From: Mustelus asterias
Lineage: Eukaryota
NCBI RefSeq assembly: GCF_964213995.1
Contig: NC_135830.1
Coordinates: 12,214,001-12,278,000, forward strand
Direction of reading: 5' to 3'
DNA length: 64,000 bases
The notes under the pieces: model-generated
Seen by the model: the letters and a program-made list of their open reading frames with translations, nothing else
Databases searched by the model: none
What the model was told of the DNA's origin: nothing
Part shown: positions 62,050-64,000 of the stretch, piece by piece
How the letters are laid out: every line of letters begins with the position of its first letter
How positions within the stretch are numbered: the first letter of the stretch is position 1
Translations under genes and position numbers: made by a program

Positions 62050-64000
62050 AGCCAATTTATTTTTTAAAGTCTCTCATAGCAGGAAGGGCTTGGCTCTTAG
62101 TGAGCAATTAATGGAGGGGTCACCTGTGGTTGTCCCCCTCCAAAACAAGTATATTGCTTTGGATAGTGTGGAGGAGGATGACTCTCCAGGGGTAAGCCAC
62201 AGTGACCAGGTCACTGGCACAGAATCAGGTTCTGTGGCCCGGAAAGGAAAGAGAGGAATTCGGAGAGCAATAGTGGTGGGGGATGCGTCGGTTCGAGGCA
62301 CGGATAGGCGATTCTGTGGGTGCGAACGGGACTCCAGGATGGTAGTCTGCCTACCTGGTGTTGGGGTACTGGACGTCTCCGAGCGGATAGGAGGCATATT
62401 AAAAGGGGAAGATAAAGAAACGGATGTCGTTGTACACATTGGTGCAAATGACGTAGATAGGAAGAGCAGGGGGATCGTACGAGAGCAATTCAGGGAGTTG
62501 GGAAATAGGCGAAAAGGTAGGGCCTCCAGGGTAGCAATAGCTGGGCTGCTCCCAATGTCTCGTGCCAGTGAGGCTAGGAATAGGGAGTTAATACAATTGA
62601 ACGCTTGGCTAAAGGACTGGTCCAGGAGGGAGGGCTTCATTTTCCTGGATCATTGGGAAGTTTTCAAGAGAGGATGGCACCTGTACAAGAAGGATGGGTC
62701 ACAACTAAATTGGAAGGGCACGAATATCCTGGCTGGGAGTTTTGCTCGTGCAGTTCGGGTGGGTTTAAACTAATATGGCAGGGGGGTGGGGATCAAAAAA
62801 TTAGGTCTACAAGTGTAGAGGCTGGGGACGAGCTTGGGGCCAGGACAAGGCTGGCAAAGAAGAAGAGCACTCTGGGGGAGGATGAACTCACTGGGCCTGG
62901 AGGTCTGGAGTGCCTCTACTTCAAAGCAAGGAGCGTAGCAGGTAAGACAGACGAACTTAGGGCCTTCATGCTTACGAAGAATTTGGATGTAGTTGCGGTG
63001 ACAGAGACTTGGTTGAAAGAGAGACAGGACTGGCAGCTGAATATTCCGGGGTACAAGTGTTTTAGGCGAGACAGAGGAGGGGCCAAAAGAGGTGGGGGAG
63101 TAGCAGTATTCGTTAGAGAACATATTACAGCGGTGCAGAGGGAGGACAATTCAGAGGGGTCGTGTAACGAGTCACTGTGGGTGGAGCTCAGAAACAGGAA
63201 GGGCGCAGTCACTATGTTGGGGATATACTACAGGCCCTCCAACAGCCCAAGGGAAGTGGAAGAACGGATATGTCAGGAGATACTGGATAGGTGCAGGAAA
63301 AAATAGGGTTGTTGCAGTGGGAGACTTCAATTTCCCTGGTATAGAATGGAAATCGCTTAGAGCTGGGACTCTCAATGGGGAGGAATTTGTAAAATGCGTA
63401 CAGGAAGGTTCTTTGGAACAATATGTAGATAGCCCGACTAGAGAGGGGGCTATACTGGACCTAGTACTGGGGAATGAGCCCGGTCAGGTCTTCAAAGTTT
63501 CAGTAGGAGAACATGTGGCAAATAGTGACCACAATTCTGTTAGCTTTAGGATAGCGATGGAAAAGGATGAGTGGTGTCCCAAGGGTAAGGTGGTGAATTG
63601 GGGGAAGGCTAACTTTAGTGGGATTAGGCAGAAATTGGCAGTTGTTGATTGGGAGAGGCTGTTTGAGGGTAAATCCACAACTGGCATGTGGGAGTCTTTT
63701 AAGGAACAGTTGTTAGGGCTGCAGGACAGGCATGTGCCTGTAAAAAAGAAGGATAGGAAGGGTAGGATTCGAGAACCGTGGATAAACAGGGAAATTGAGG
63801 GACTGGTCAAAAAGAAAAGGGAGGCGTACGTTAGGTCCAGGCAGTTAAAAACGGAGGGAGCTCTGGAGGAATACAAAGAAAGTCGGAAAGAACTCAAAAG
63901 AGGAATTAGAAGGGCAAAAAGGGGTCACGAAATGTTCTTGGCAGACAGGATTAAGGAGAATCCCAAGGCATTTTATTCATACGTTAGGAACAAAAGGGGT
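62050..64000 (+). mobile_element. CR1 LINE 5' portion (ORF1 SGNH-esterase-like; ORF2 endonuclease with frameshift), runs off the window
   Basis: ORF 62090..62773 (IVVGD.SVRG, CLPG, VHIGAND, DG..LN..G); VAVTETWL, RRDR...RGGGVA, GDFN and SDH motifs downstream. Confidence 0.9.

Noticed and set aside
60220-62050. Inverted Vdelta downstream of Cdelta, as in mammals
   Set aside because: No V-like ORF or RSS seen on the minus strand before the CR1; it may lie beyond the window.

Overview
Eukaryotic, repeat-rich DNA from a cartilaginous fish (shark-type CR1 LINEs, HE1-like SINEs, Penelope-like elements). It contains the 3' part of a T-cell receptor delta locus on the + strand. In order: (1) an intact NAR-TCR cassette: leader 9049-9091, IgNAR-like V 9240-9527 with 22-bp-spacer RSS, 12/12 D 9936-9954, J 10333-10385 with 23-RSS, and a leaderless 'supporting' Vdelta 15419-15724. 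That V's 23-RSS is amplified into a 61-bp tandem array (three perfect copies plus one degenerate). (2) A frameshifted Vdelta, one IgH-like V pseudogene and one apparently functional IgH-like V (IgW-V/TAILV-type) with 23-RSS. (3) A single 12/23 Ddelta at 35044-35061. (4) About 11 Jdelta segments, roughly half decayed; one has a CR1 inserted in its RSS heptamer. (5) Three Cdelta coding exons (56563-56874, 59602-59664, 60107-60216). NAR-TCR and Ig-like V use by TCRdelta are established shark biology. The most novel-looking feature is the tandem RSS array on the supporting Vdelta. Most long ORFs in the supplied track are LINE fragments or their antisense frames. All coordinates were read by eye; repeat boundaries are approximate and no database search was run.
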